64,000 nt of DNA from Nannocystis bainbridge (GTDB lineage Bacteria > Myxococcota_A > Polyangia > Nannocystales > Nannocystaceae): the NCBI RefSeq assembly GCF_028368995.1, contig NZ_JAQNDL010000001.1, forward strand, positions 2,624,001-2,688,000. Reading direction: 5' to 3'. Positions 1 to 9,600 of the stretch are shown piece after piece. The notes beneath the pieces were generated by a model. That model saw only the letters and a list, made by a program, of their open reading frames with translations, did not search any database and was not told where the DNA came from. Position numbers and translations under genes: made by a program. Within the stretch, counting starts at the first letter, position 1; each line of letters starts with the position of its first letter.

Positions 1-89
1 TGCGCTACGTCGCCTTGCCGCTGACGGGCCTCACGCTGCTGCTCGGCCTCGTGCTCGAGCTGAAGCAGCGCAACGCCAGGGCCGCGTGA
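1..89 (+). CDS. 3' end of a membrane protein (partial, runs off the window)
   Basis: Frame reads ...RYVALPLTGLTLLLGLVLELKQRNARAA-stop (TGA 87-89) with GC3-rich codons. Confidence 0.55.
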   Translation, partial: RYVALPLTGLTLLLGLVLELKQRNARAA

Positions 90-220
90 GGCCGTGAAGC
101 GAGCGCCCGCGACGCGCAACGCGCTGCGCGGCGCGGCTGACCGAGCGTGGTGATTTCGCCGTCCTCCGCGCGCGTGGCCGTGCAGGTGACCGCCCGGCGC
201 GGATCGGCTACCGTCGCCGC

Positions 221-2422
221 GTGGCTGAAGGCGAAGCGCTCCCGATCCCCGTCCCGCCCGAACTCGACCCGCCCGAATTGACGCGCGGGCCGCTGCTGCT
301 CGGGGTGCTGCTCGGGATCGTGTTCGGCGCCTCGTCGATCTACCTCACCCTCAAGGTCGGCCTCACCGTCTCGGCGTCGATCCCCGTCGCGGTGCTGGCG
401 ATCACCGTCCTGCGCGCCCTCAGTCGCGCGCTCGGGACCCGCCGCTCGACCATCCTCGAGAACAACACCGTGCAGACGGCCGGCTCGGCCGGCGAGTCGA
501 TCGCGTTCGGCGTCGGCGTCACCATGCCGGCGCTGATGATCCTCGGCTACGACATGGACATCGGCCGCGTGATGCTGGTGGCCATCCTCGGCAGCATCCT
601 CGGCGTGCTGCTGTTCTCGCCGATGCGCCGGCCGATGATGGCCGACAAGACGCTGGCGTTCCCCGAGGGCACCGCCTGCGCCGAGGTGCTGAAGGTCGGC
701 GAGCGCGGCGGGTCGACCGCCCGCACCGTGTTCAGCGGCTTCTTCGTCGGCCTGTTCTACAAGCTGGCGATGGCGGGCGCGCACCTGTGGAAAGAGGTGC
801 CGACGTGGGTCTCGGGTGGGATCAAGACGGTCGCCACGCCGCAGGGCGACCTCACGGTGAGCACGCCGGGAGTACTGCCGGGCGGCTCGGTGGGCGCCGA
901 GATCTCGCCGGAGCTGCTCGGGGTCGGCTACATCGTCGGCCTGCGCGTCGGCGGGATCATGCTCGGCGGCGGCGTGCTGTCGTACCTGGTGCTGATCCCG
1001 ATGATCAAGTTCTTCGGCAGCGCCAGCCCCGACGCGCTGGTGTTCCCGGCGACCAAGCCGATCGCGTCGATGGGCATCGACGACATCCGCAACGCCTACG
1101 TGCTCTACATCGGCGCCGGCGCGGTCGCGGCCGGCGGCATCATCAGCATGGCGCGCTCGCTGCCGACGATCTTCACGTCGCTGCGCGCCGGCCTGTCGTC
1201 GCTCGGCAGCGGCAAGGGCAAGACCGAGGTGCTCCGCACCGAGCGCGAGCTGTCGATGAAGACAGTGCTGCTCGGCGCACTCGCGGTGATCGCGGCGATC
1301 AGCCTGTCGCCGTTCTTCCCGGTCGGCTTCCTCGGCGCGCTGCTGATGGGCCTGTTCGCGTTCCTGTTCGTCACCGTGTCGGGCCGCCTGACCGGCGAGA
1401 TCGGCTCGTCGTCGAACCCGATCTCCGGCATGACGGTGGCGACCCTGCTGCTGACCTGCCTGATCTTCCTCGCCGCCGACTGGGTCGGGCCCGAGCACCG
1501 CCTCGGCGCGCTCACCATCGCCGGCGTCGTCTGCGTGGCCGCCAGCGTCGGCGGGACCACGGCGCAGTCGCTGAAGACCGGCGCGCTGATCGGCGCGACC
1601 CCGCGGCGGCAGCAGATCACGATGATCATCGGCTCGGCCACCTCGGCGCTGGTGATCGGCTTCACGCTGCTGCTGCTCAACAACGCCAGCACCGTCTACA
1701 CCCTCAAGCACGAGGCCGCCGGGGTGCACGCGCCGGCCGACGTGCCGCTCGGCCCGGCCGAGCCGCTGCGCGGGCCCGAGGCGCTCGCCGATGCGGCCAG
1801 CTACCGGGTGCTGCAGCTGCCCAAGCCGCGCGACGGCATCCCGGCCGGAAAGTACCTGGTCGATGAGACAGGCGCGATCAAGTACCTGGTCGACCCCGGC
1901 ATCAACGGCCGCGTCAAGAAGCGCGACGACGACACGCCGGTGGTCAAGTACGACGCGCCCAAGGCGAGCCTGATGGCGCTCATCACCGACGGCATCCTGA
2001 CCCAGCAGCTGCCGTGGGTGCTCGTCATCCTCGGGGTGATGATCGCCGCCACGCTCGAGCTGGCAGGTGTCAGCGCGCTGCCGTTCGCCGTCGGCGTGTA
2101 CCTGCCGATCGCCGCCAGCGCGCCGATCTTCGTCGGCGGCCTCGTGCGTCACTTCGCCGACCGCGCCCGCCAGCGCCGGCGCGTGTCCGCGGGCATGGCC
2201 GCCGAGAGCGAGCTCGAGGCCGAGTCGAGCCCGGGCGTGCTGATGTCGAGCGGCCTCATCGCCGGCGGGGCGATCGCCGGCATCGGCCTGGCCCTGCTGG
2301 CGCTCGCGCCGTCGGTGCAGCACGCGATCAACTTCGGCGAGACCGCGGAGCTCGGCGACCTCGGCTCGCTGATCCCGTTCGGCCTGCTCGTCGCCGGCCT
2401 GGTGGTGATGGCGCGCCGCTGA
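221..2422 (+). CDS. OPT/YSL family oligopeptide transporter
   Basis: 733 aa polytopic protein with OPT motifs LKVGLTVSASIP, ENNTVQTAGSAGES, FPEGTACAEVL, SNPISGMT, LKTGALIGATPRRQQ. Confidence 0.93.
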   Translation: MAEGEALPIPVPPELDPPELTRGPLLLGVLLGIVFGASSIYLTLKVGLTVSASIPVAVLAITVLRALSRALGTRRSTILENNTVQTAGSAGESIAFGVGVTMPALMILGYDMDIGRVMLVAILGSILGVLLFSPMRRPMMADKTLAFPEGTACAEVLKVGERGGSTARTVFSGFFVGLFYKLAMAGAHLWKEVPTWVSGGIKTVATPQGDLTVSTPGVLPGGSVGAEISPELLGVGYIVGLRVGGIMLGGGVLSYLVLIPMIKFFGSASPDALVFPATKPIASMGIDDIRNAYVLYIGAGAVAAGGIISMARSLPTIFTSLRAGLSSLGSGKGKTEVLRTERELSMKTVLLGALAVIAAISLSPFFPVGFLGALLMGLFAFLFVTVSGRLTGEIGSSSNPISGMTVATLLLTCLIFLAADWVGPEHRLGALTIAGVVCVAASVGGTTAQSLKTGALIGATPRRQQITMIIGSATSALVIGFTLLLLNNASTVYTLKHEAAGVHAPADVPLGPAEPLRGPEALADAASYRVLQLPKPRDGIPAGKYLVDETGAIKYLVDPGINGRVKKRDDDTPVVKYDAPKASLMALITDGILTQQLPWVLVILGVMIAATLELAGVSALPFAVGVYLPIAASAPIFVGGLVRHFADRARQRRRVSAGMAAESELEAESSPGVLMSSGLIAGGAIAGIGLALLALAPSVQHAINFGETAELGDLGSLIPFGLLVAGLVVMARR

Positions 2423-2430
2423 TGCTCGCC

Positions 2431-2475
2431 GCGGGCCTGCCCGGCAGGCCCGCCGTTCGCCCGCGGCGCCGCGGG
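2431..2475. terminator. GC-rich hairpins between convergent genes (possible terminator)
   Basis: GCGGGCCTGC-CCG-GCAGGCCCGC (2431-2453) plus palindrome CCCGCGGCGCCGCGGG (2460-2475); no U-tract. Confidence 0.35.
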
Positions 2476-3258
2476 TCACACCGGCAGCTGATAGCGCCAG
2501 TGTGACAGCGGGTCGCGGCGGATGAACACGTGCATGCCGCCCTCGCCGGCCGCGACGGTGAAGATCGAGCGGTCGACGCTCCACTCGTAGCCGAGAGTGG
2601 TCACGTCGACATGAATCAAGAGCCATGTCGGAAAGGGCAGGCGCCACAAAAAATCGCGGACGAACTCGGGGAGGCTGGCGAACTTGCCGGCGTAGACCGG
2701 GAGCGCCTCGTTGACGCCGTTGTCGCCGAAGCGCGCCCGCAGGAGCCCGCGCACGTGCTCGGCCTGCTGCGCCTCGTCCTCGCCGCCCTCGTCGCCGAGG
2801 CGGAAGGCGTACAGCGTGCCCTCGCGCTCGACGGTCCAGAAGTGCCGCTGCAGGTGCATGTCGAGGCCGATGCCGGCCAGGTCGGTGCGCGGGTGGATCT
2901 GCCCGGTGAAGCCGAGCGCGCCGCGGGCGAACGCCGCAAAATCGCTGTAGGCCCCGAAGTAGGCGCCGACGTAGGAGAACGGCCGCGCCGGCTCGGGCAC
3001 GCCCGGGTCGCTGGGCCGCGCCAGTCGATTGCCGCGCCGCAGCACCCGCGCGTTGCTCAGCTCGCGGTGGTGGCTGCGAAAGCGATCGACGAGCGCGTCG
3101 ACCTCGTCGAACAGCCGCGCGACGTCGGGGTCGCCCTCGCTGACGGCCGCGCGCTGCAGTGACGCGACGGCGGTCTTGACCAGCTCCTGGGCAAACCCCG
3201 CGGCGGTGATGCGGACGTCGCGGGTGATCTCGTGTCGAGTCCGCTGCCTGAAGTCCAT
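2476..3258 (-). CDS. Hypothetical protein with two ArdA-C-terminal-like repeats
   Basis: Start MDFRQ at 3258 has upstream TATGAT and GAGG; repeats YFGAYSDFAAFAR...DLAGIGLD...YAF and YAGKFASLPEFVR...VDVTTLGYE...HVF. Confidence 0.65.
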   Translation of the reverse strand: MDFRQRTRHEITRDVRITAAGFAQELVKTAVASLQRAAVSEGDPDVARLFDEVDALVDRFRSHHRELSNARVLRRGNRLARPSDPGVPEPARPFSYVGAYFGAYSDFAAFARGALGFTGQIHPRTDLAGIGLDMHLQRHFWTVEREGTLYAFRLGDEGGEDEAQQAEHVRGLLRARFGDNGVNEALPVYAGKFASLPEFVRDFLWRLPFPTWLLIHVDVTTLGYEWSVDRSIFTVAAGEGGMHVFIRRDPLSHWRYQLPV

Positions 3259-3582
3259 GCGTGGCCTCGCTCTGCACGCGATCATACCCGAGCTCGCCAT
3301 GTCCCCACAAGTCCCCTTCCGTATTCTTCAGTCCCCTCCAGTGCCCATGCGTCCCGCCTCGGCCGCACGCGACTTGGGCCCGGACGCCTCCCCGACACGA
3401 GCGTCAAAAAACGTCCAAAGCGGCCGGGGCAGCAGCCAAGGCCGCGAGTGCGCGAAACCACTTTTCATCCGCGCACGAAGTCGGATATGTTGGTGGGTCG
3501 CGCGCGTGGGGCCCGACGTGCTCACGGGTCCGCGCCGAAGCTCGCGCGGCGAGCGACGCCGAGAAGCTGGTAACGTGGGCCC

Positions 3583-4320
3583 GTGGCGCTCACCGACGAA
3601 CAAGCGTGGACTCTGACCTCGGCCGGCCTCGTCGCGCTGGCCGACGGCGTGCTCAAGGGCGGCGAGGCGACGCGGATCCTGGCGCTGGCCAGCGAGCAGC
3701 TGGCGGCCGAGGAGCAGGACGCGTGGATCGATCGGCTCGCCGACGCGACGGCGCTGTGGGATCACGCGCGCCGGTTGCCGCGCCCGCCGGCCGAGCGAGC
3801 CCCCGACATCCTGCGCCGCGCCTGGTCGATCGCGCTGGTCGACGGCGAGGGCAGCGCGGAGGAGGCGGAGGTGCTGGGCCGCGTCGGCGAGCTGCTGGCG
3901 GTCGACCGCGAGCAGCTGACGGCGTGGCGCAAGGCGTGGACCGGCGAGGCGAGCGAGCTGGCGCAGTACGTGGCCGCGTTCGCGGCGCTGATGCTGCACC
4001 GCCGCGCCGACGCGGCGCGCGAGCCGAGGCAGGCGATCGATGACGCCGGCCGGTCCGAGTTCCGCGCGCTGCTGGCCCAGCTGCCGCTCACCGAGTCGCG
4101 CCGCAACCGGGCCCTGCGGCTGATCGATCAGGAGCCGACGCTCGACGAACTCGCCGGCGCGCTGCAGCTGGCCGACCCGGCCCGCCGCGGCCAGGCGCTC
4201 GAGGAGATCGCCCGGCTGATCCGCGGCAGCAACCACGGCGCCGTCGGCCGCCAGCTGTTCCTCGCCCTCGCCGCCCGCATGGCGGTCCCCGAGGACGTGG
4301 CGCGCGTGATCCTCGGCTGA
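3583..4320 (+). CDS. TerB-like (tellurite resistance fold) protein
   Basis: LVALADGVLKGGE and AWSIALVDGEGSAEEAEVLGRVGELL are TerB-type helices; GTG start 6 nt after TAACGT. Confidence 0.7.
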   Translation: MALTDEQAWTLTSAGLVALADGVLKGGEATRILALASEQLAAEEQDAWIDRLADATALWDHARRLPRPPAERAPDILRRAWSIALVDGEGSAEEAEVLGRVGELLAVDREQLTAWRKAWTGEASELAQYVAAFAALMLHRRADAAREPRQAIDDAGRSEFRALLAQLPLTESRRNRALRLIDQEPTLDELAGALQLADPARRGQALEEIARLIRGSNHGAVGRQLFLALAARMAVPEDVARVILG

Positions 4321-4327
4321 GGCGACC

Positions 4328-4389
4328 TGTCCCCGGGGACATCCTCCGACGGAGTTATGGAAATTTGCTTGGGCCTGTCCCGAAGGACA
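4328..4389. repeat. Two perfect TGTCC-N4-GGACA palindromes
   Basis: TGTCCCCGGGGACA 4328-4341 and TGTCCCGAAGGACA 4376-4389 in a convergent gap. Confidence 0.9.
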
Positions 4390-4503
4390 GGCCCATGGCG
4401 GCTGCCAGGCTCGACCGCACGACCGAGCGCGTCACCTTCCGCGCAGGACGCGGACTCCGCCGTCCGCGCATTCACGGACTGCGTGCTCACGCGGGCGAGC
4501 GGC

Positions 4504-4968
4504 TCAGATCATCGGCCGGTTGGGAGCGGCGGGCAGCTGCTCGAGCATCCGCTCCAGGCGCGTCAGGTGGTCCTGAGAGTGGTCGAGCAGGCCCTGGATC
4601 TCCCGCAGGATGTCGGCGTCCAGCTGCGGGTCCGACAGCAGCTTGGCGTAGCCCTCGTAGCCGACGACTTCGCCGCGGTGCAGCACGCGCAGCGGGACCT
4701 CGTCGTTGACGATCGAGGCCAGGCGCTCGAGGCCGGTCGTCAGCGAGCCCCAGGCGCCCGAGCTCTCGGGCTCGAGCCCGCCGTGCTGGCGGATGATCGC
4801 GCCGAGCCGGTTGACCGCGCTGACGTGGTCCTCGCGCAGGCGGACCAGCTCGGCCTCCTCATTTTGACCGGCGAACTTCTGCAGCGCGCGGTCGTAAGCT
4901 TCGATCGCGGACAGCTCGCCGCGGTATTGCGACATGAGCGAGTCCATGAGCGGCTTGGATAGTGCCAT
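4504..4968 (-). CDS. Ferritin-like DUF2383/PA2169-family protein
   Basis: MALSKPL..YRGELSAIEAYDRAL..LREDH..L..GG..ESSGAWG..LHRGE..YAKLL four-helix pattern; the upstream part of the listed ORF looks non-coding. Confidence 0.8.
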   Translation of the reverse strand: MALSKPLMDSLMSQYRGELSAIEAYDRALQKFAGQNEEAELVRLREDHVSAVNRLGAIIRQHGGLEPESSGAWGSLTTGLERLASIVNDEVPLRVLHRGEVVGYEGYAKLLSDPQLDADILREIQGLLDHSQDHLTRLERMLEQLPAAPNRPMI

Positions 4969-5088
4969 GGGCGGGTCCTCCGAACGCAACCGTGACCGAC
5001 GACACCGCGCTGTCAAGCGCCCGGGCAGCGGCCCCGGCGCCGCCAGCGGACGCGACCGTGGCGCGAACGGCTGGCGCGGCGGCGCGGA

Positions 5089-5130
5089 TGTCTCTTTGCA
5101 CATGTCCTCACGGACATGCCTCTTGGGACA
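5089..5130. repeat. Three-unit 14-bp array of the TGTCC-N4-GGACA family
   Basis: TGTCTCTTTGCACA / TGTCCTCACGGACA / TGCCTCTTGGGACA. Confidence 0.85.
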
Positions 5131-5388
5131 TCCAGGAGCACGAGCGCCCCGCGCGTGGCCGCGCCGAGCCGGACGCGTCACTGGGGCGACTGGCCCGGTG
5201 GCGGCCTCGGCTTCACACTGAACGGGATGGAGGCGCTCTTGGCCATGCTGCTGATGCCGCTGCTGCTGGTGGCGCCGCTGGGCGAGGCGCTCGAGCGGCG
5301 GCGCGACCGGCTGCACGACCGTGAGGTCGAGCGGGCCTGGGGCCAGACCTGGATGCGGGTGCACGGGCCGCGCGCGTGGGCCTTCGGC

Positions 5389-6186
5389 TCAGGGTGCTGC
5401 AGGCTTCACGAAGCGCACCACGAAGCGATCGGCCGTGCCGCGCTTCCCCGCCGCCGCCGCGGCCGTCGGCGCCGCGTTCCAGTCGCGCGGGTCGTCCGGG
5501 TTGCGGAGAAATTCCGCCGACCCCGCGCGCTCGAAACCCGCCTGTAGCACCTCGTCGACGACCGTCGACTCCTCGACGCGGTGCAGCGACTCGGCCTCGC
5601 CGGCGCCCGCCCCTGCGCGCGCGCTGTGATCGACGATGACGTAGAACCCGCCGGGGCGCAGCGCGGCGAAGATGGCCTGGTTCATGCGCGCGCGGTCGGT
5701 GCCCATCCAGAAGGTGTCGTGATAGAAGAGCACGTTGATCACGCCGTCGAGCTCGCGGGCCTCGGACGGCAGCGGATCGTCGAACTCGCGGTCGACGCGG
5801 ACCACGTTGCGCAGCTCCGGCGTCGCCAGCCGCTCGGTCCACGCCGGCTCCACGAACCGCGTCGTCACGAATTTGTTGTTCTGCGCATACACCACGCCGT
5901 CAGGCCCGACCGCACGCGCCAGCAAGAAGGTGGTGTAGCCGCGCCCCGCACCGAGGTCGGCGAGCCGCATGCCCGGGCGCAGGGCCAGGAACCGCAGCAG
6001 CTCCTCGGGCCTCCGCCCCGCGTCGAGCTCCCGCTCCGCGGGCGGCCGGGCCGGGTCCTCGACGATCGCCCGGATCGCCGCGTCGTCGAGCCCGGGGCCC
6101 GCGTCGGGCGCCCGGATCACGGCCGGCTCGGCTGCCGGATGGCAGGCAATCAGCGCGAGGAGGAGGAGCGCGGCGCGGCGGAGCAT
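5389..6186 (-). CDS. Class I SAM-dependent methyltransferase, predicted lipoprotein
   Basis: Lipobox LIAC; R-P-E-L-F pattern, LADLGAGRGYTT, FYHD, LRPGGFYVIVDH, LHRV, LRNPDDPR, DRFV. Confidence 0.88.
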   Translation of the reverse strand: MLRRAALLLLALIACHPAAEPAVIRAPDAGPGLDDAAIRAIVEDPARPPAERELDAGRRPEELLRFLALRPGMRLADLGAGRGYTTFLLARAVGPDGVVYAQNNKFVTTRFVEPAWTERLATPELRNVVRVDREFDDPLPSEARELDGVINVLFYHDTFWMGTDRARMNQAIFAALRPGGFYVIVDHSARAGAGAGEAESLHRVEESTVVDEVLQAGFERAGSAEFLRNPDDPRDWNAAPTAAAAAGKRGTADRFVVRFVKPAAP

Positions 6187-6709
6187 CGCGCGCAACCTAG
6201 CACCGCGCGCGCACGCGGTCACAATTGTCGCGCGCGTGAGCCCCGGCCCGGGGGCTCACAGCGGCATGCGACAACCGATCGCCACGGCCAGGACCGCGGT
6301 GACGGCGATCACGATCGCCAACCTCCGCAGCACCCGGCCGCGCGAACAAAAGAACATGTCCGAAGGGACACCCACGGCTCTGCGCGGGAGATCGACCCCG
6401 GAGGTCCTGCCGGCAGAAATTTCCGGGGCCTTCACCAGCCGCCGCGCTCGGCCGGCCGACCTGCGCGGCTCACCGCGGCATGTCCCCAGGGACATGTTCG
6501 ATCGACCCCGTGGAGGACCGGCGCCTGAGGACCGACGACGAGCGAGCGCGCGCACCCCCGGCAACGCGCGACGCGGGGGCGGCCATTCCCCGGGCGGCCT
6601 CCGGGTCCGCGTGGTCTCACGCCCGCCGGGACGACGCGCGGGGACGCGGACGTGCGAAGCTCCGCGCGTGCCTGGCCTGCCCGTCTGGACCCGCCTCTGC
6701 CCTGTCGAC

Positions 6710-8380
6710 GTGTTGCGTCACCCGGTCATCGCCGGCGTCGCCGAGCTGCTGGCCGGCCAGGACGTGCAGGCCGCGCTGCACGAGGGTCAGCGCGCGGGCA
6801 CCTACCCCACCGATGTCGTCGCCGCGCTGCGGCGGATCGGCGTCGCTCGCCTTTTCACCGACGAGGCCGAGGTGTTCCACCTCTGCGGCCTCAACGCGAT
6901 CGCGGCGGCCGTCGACGGTTCGCTGGCGATCACCCTCGGCGTCAACGCCCTCGCGCTGTTGCCCGTGCACCTCGGCGCCAGCCCCGAGCTGCGCGCCCGC
7001 ACCTTCAAAAAGATCAACGACGGCGCGTTCGCGGCGATGCTGCTGACCGAGCTCGATCACGGCTCCAACCTGCTGCGCAACGAGGCCGCCGCCGCGCCGC
7101 ACCCCGAGGGCGGCTACCGCCTGACCGGCGAGAAGCACCTCATCAACGGCGCCACCCGCCACGACGTGCTCGTCTCGTTGATGCGGACCGCCCGCGGCGG
7201 CGCGGTCGCGTTCGGCGACTTCTCGGTGTTCTGCGTCGACCGCGACGACAGCGTCGAGGCCCTGCCGCGCTGGTCGACCCTGCCGGCGCGCGCGGCCGAC
7301 ATCGCCGGGGTCCGGTTCCACGGCACACATGTCCCCGAGGACAGCCTCGTCGGCAAGCTCGGCGACGGCTTCAGCCTGGTCCAGCGCACCCTCACCCTGT
7401 CGCGCGGCGGGATCAGCGGGCTCGCGTCCGGCTGCGCCTCGGGGGCGCTGGCGCTGGCGCTGCACTACGCCCACACCCGCGACGTCTACGGCGCCCCGAT
7501 CGTCGGCCTCGACGCGATCGCCGATCACCTCGTCGTGCACGCCGAGCTCGACCTCGTCGCCGCGGCGATGGCGGTCAAGGCCGCGGTGGCCGCCAACGCG
7601 CTCGGCATCGGCGCGGCGATCTACACCGCCGCGGCCAAGCTGGCCTGCTGCGCCCTGGCCGAGGAGGCGGTCGAGCAGGGCCGCCGCGTCGTCTCGAGTC
7701 GCGCGCTGCTGGCCGATCGCCCTTATGAGAAGTTCGTCCGCGACGTCACCCTCTACGGGGTGTTCGACGGCACCAGCCACCTGATGCTGACCGACCTGAG
7801 CCTGCGCCTGCCGCAGATCGTCAAGGCCCGCGACGAGGTCGAGCCGACGCTGCCGCGGGTCGCCGCGATGTTCGCCGCGCCCCCGCGTCCGCTCGCGGCG
7901 CTCGGCGACGCGCGTGCCCCGGTGCGTCACCTCGATCTTTCGGCCCATGCCCGGGCCCTCGACGCGATCGACGGCGGCGTCGGCTTCACCGCCTTCGTCG
8001 CCCTCGCCGACGCCGTCGTCGCCCTCGGCCGCGGCCTCCGCGGGCACAAGGCGTGGAACGACCAGGGCGTGCGGTTCGCCCTCGCCGAGGCGCTGGCGTG
8101 GATCGAGTGCGCCTTCGCCACGGCCGAGCTGGCCGACCCGGCCCGGCGCGCGGCCCTCGGCGCGCCCGCCTTGCCTTCGGGACAGGCTGTCCCGCGGGAC
8201 ATCCTCGTCGGCGCCCTCGCCGGCCTCGGCCTGCGCGCCCGCGCCCGCCTGCTCGAGGTCACCGCGCTCGCCGGCCTGCCTGTCCCGACGGACATGTCGC
8301 AGGTCGAGGCCGACCTCGTGGCCGCCCGCGCCGCCGCCCGCCCGGGCGCGCGCGCGTGGGTCCGCGCCCTGACCCCGTGA
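6710..8380 (+). CDS. Acyl-CoA dehydrogenase family protein
   Basis: LLTELDHGSN, YRLTGEKHLING, LVGKLGDGF, R-VYGAPI, VRD--LYGVFDGT; start placed at GTG 6710. Confidence 0.88.
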   Translation: MLRHPVIAGVAELLAGQDVQAALHEGQRAGTYPTDVVAALRRIGVARLFTDEAEVFHLCGLNAIAAAVDGSLAITLGVNALALLPVHLGASPELRARTFKKINDGAFAAMLLTELDHGSNLLRNEAAAAPHPEGGYRLTGEKHLINGATRHDVLVSLMRTARGGAVAFGDFSVFCVDRDDSVEALPRWSTLPARAADIAGVRFHGTHVPEDSLVGKLGDGFSLVQRTLTLSRGGISGLASGCASGALALALHYAHTRDVYGAPIVGLDAIADHLVVHAELDLVAAAMAVKAAVAANALGIGAAIYTAAAKLACCALAEEAVEQGRRVVSSRALLADRPYEKFVRDVTLYGVFDGTSHLMLTDLSLRLPQIVKARDEVEPTLPRVAAMFAAPPRPLAALGDARAPVRHLDLSAHARALDAIDGGVGFTAFVALADAVVALGRGLRGHKAWNDQGVRFALAEALAWIECAFATAELADPARRAALGAPALPSGQAVPRDILVGALAGLGLRARARLLEVTALAGLPVPTDMSQVEADLVAARAAARPGARAWVRALTP

Positions 8381-8602
8381 CGCCGCTCGCGGCCTCGGGC
8401 TGACCTGTCCCTGCGGACAGCTACCACTGCGCTCCCGCGCCGCCCTCCCGCGCGATCGGCCCCGCCGCCCTGCGCACACTGTGCGGCCCCTCGGGTTAGC
8501 TGTCGCTATTCCGGTGTGACTTCCATGAAGCGACTGAGCGACTGCTGCCGCGGCCTGCGACGGCGCGGCCGTCCGGCCCGTGGTAGCGTCGTCGCCGCGA
8601 CG

Positions 8603-9535
8603 ATGCACTACCGACTCGAGCACCGGCGGCCCATCGACACCGCGATCGCGCAGCTGCGCTTCTCGCCCGACGGCGAGCGCCTGGCGCTGCTGACCGGCGA
8701 CAAGAAGAACAGCGTGCAGCTGCTGCAGTGCAGCGACCTCGCGCCGCTCGGGGCCCCGCGCTTCCTCCGTCACGACCTCGCCTTCGCCGGCGACGGCGCG
8801 CTGTTCGTCGCCGGTAAGACCATCCAGCGCCACGAGCTCGCCGAGGCCGGCGTCGGCAAGGCGACCCTCTCGATCGACGGCGACAAGAAGGGCCTCACGC
8901 AGATCGCCGCCTCGCCCGACGGCCGCTGGCTGGCGCTGCACAAGCACCTCGACGATCTCGAGCTGTGGTACCTCGGCGATGCGCAGCCGACCCGGCGCGC
9001 CAGCGTGCGCGCCAGCGTGCTCGTCGAGCTCGGCTTCCGGCCCGACAGCGGCCAGCTATGGTTCACCAGCCGGGTCTCGAGCCCGCTCCAGCTGCAGACG
9101 ATCGACCTCGATCCGGCCGGCTCCGATCTACGACCGACGCCGATCCGGCCGCTGCCCGGGGTGTTCGTCTACAGCCCCGTGCGCGCGGCCCCGGGCGGCC
9201 TCGTGGCCGTGAGCGACCAGCACGCCGACCTCGTGCTGCTCGAATGGGGCGCCGCCGAGCCGCGCCCGCTCGGCCTGCGCGCGCTGTGGGGCGACCGCTT
9301 CCCCGAGGACCTGGCCGTCTCGCCCGACGGCAGCCACGTCGCAGTCACCGCCCGCGACTCCGACACCCACCTGCGCGTCAGCGCGGCCGCCCTCGCCGGC
9401 GACGCCGAGCCGTTCACGTTCCGCTGGGAGGGCCGGACCACCAGCACCGCGGTGGCCCTGACCGCCGGCGGCGCCCGCCTGGCCGTGGCCCGCCGCACCT
9501 CGCCGAGCACGCTCTACATGTTTTTAAAGACATGA
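8603..9535 (+). CDS. WD40/beta-propeller repeat protein
   Basis: Repeated LRFSPDGERLA, IAASPDGRWLA, LGFRPDSGQL, LAVSPDGSHVA blades. Confidence 0.8.
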   Translation: MHYRLEHRRPIDTAIAQLRFSPDGERLALLTGDKKNSVQLLQCSDLAPLGAPRFLRHDLAFAGDGALFVAGKTIQRHELAEAGVGKATLSIDGDKKGLTQIAASPDGRWLALHKHLDDLELWYLGDAQPTRRASVRASVLVELGFRPDSGQLWFTSRVSSPLQLQTIDLDPAGSDLRPTPIRPLPGVFVYSPVRAAPGGLVAVSDQHADLVLLEWGAAEPRPLGLRALWGDRFPEDLAVSPDGSHVAVTARDSDTHLRVSAAALAGDAEPFTFRWEGRTTSTAVALTAGGARLAVARRTSPSTLYMFLKT

Positions 9536-9588
9536 CCCAAAGGACAGGGTCATTACGACATGTTTTCGAGAACATGTCCTGACAGACA
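9519..9588. repeat. Five-unit 14-bp phased array
   Basis: TGTTTTTAAAGACA / TGACCCAAAGGACA / GGGTCATTACGACA / TGTTTTCGAGAACA / TGTCCTGACAGACA between convergent genes; overlaps the last codons of the upstream gene. Confidence 0.85.
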
Positions 9589-9600
9589 CTCTTCAAATCA

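Noticed and set aside
5-3310. Long antisense or alternate-frame ORFs (also 18576-21356, 34043-38557, 53468-56600)
   Set aside because: Arg/Ala/Gly-rich shadow frames of high-GC genes with recognisable products on the other strand or frame.
5116-5547. Plus-strand ORF MEALLAMLLMPLLLVAPL...
   Set aside because: It overlaps the methyltransferase 3' end by about 160 nt and has no recognisable domain; not supportable, though a small gene cannot be excluded.
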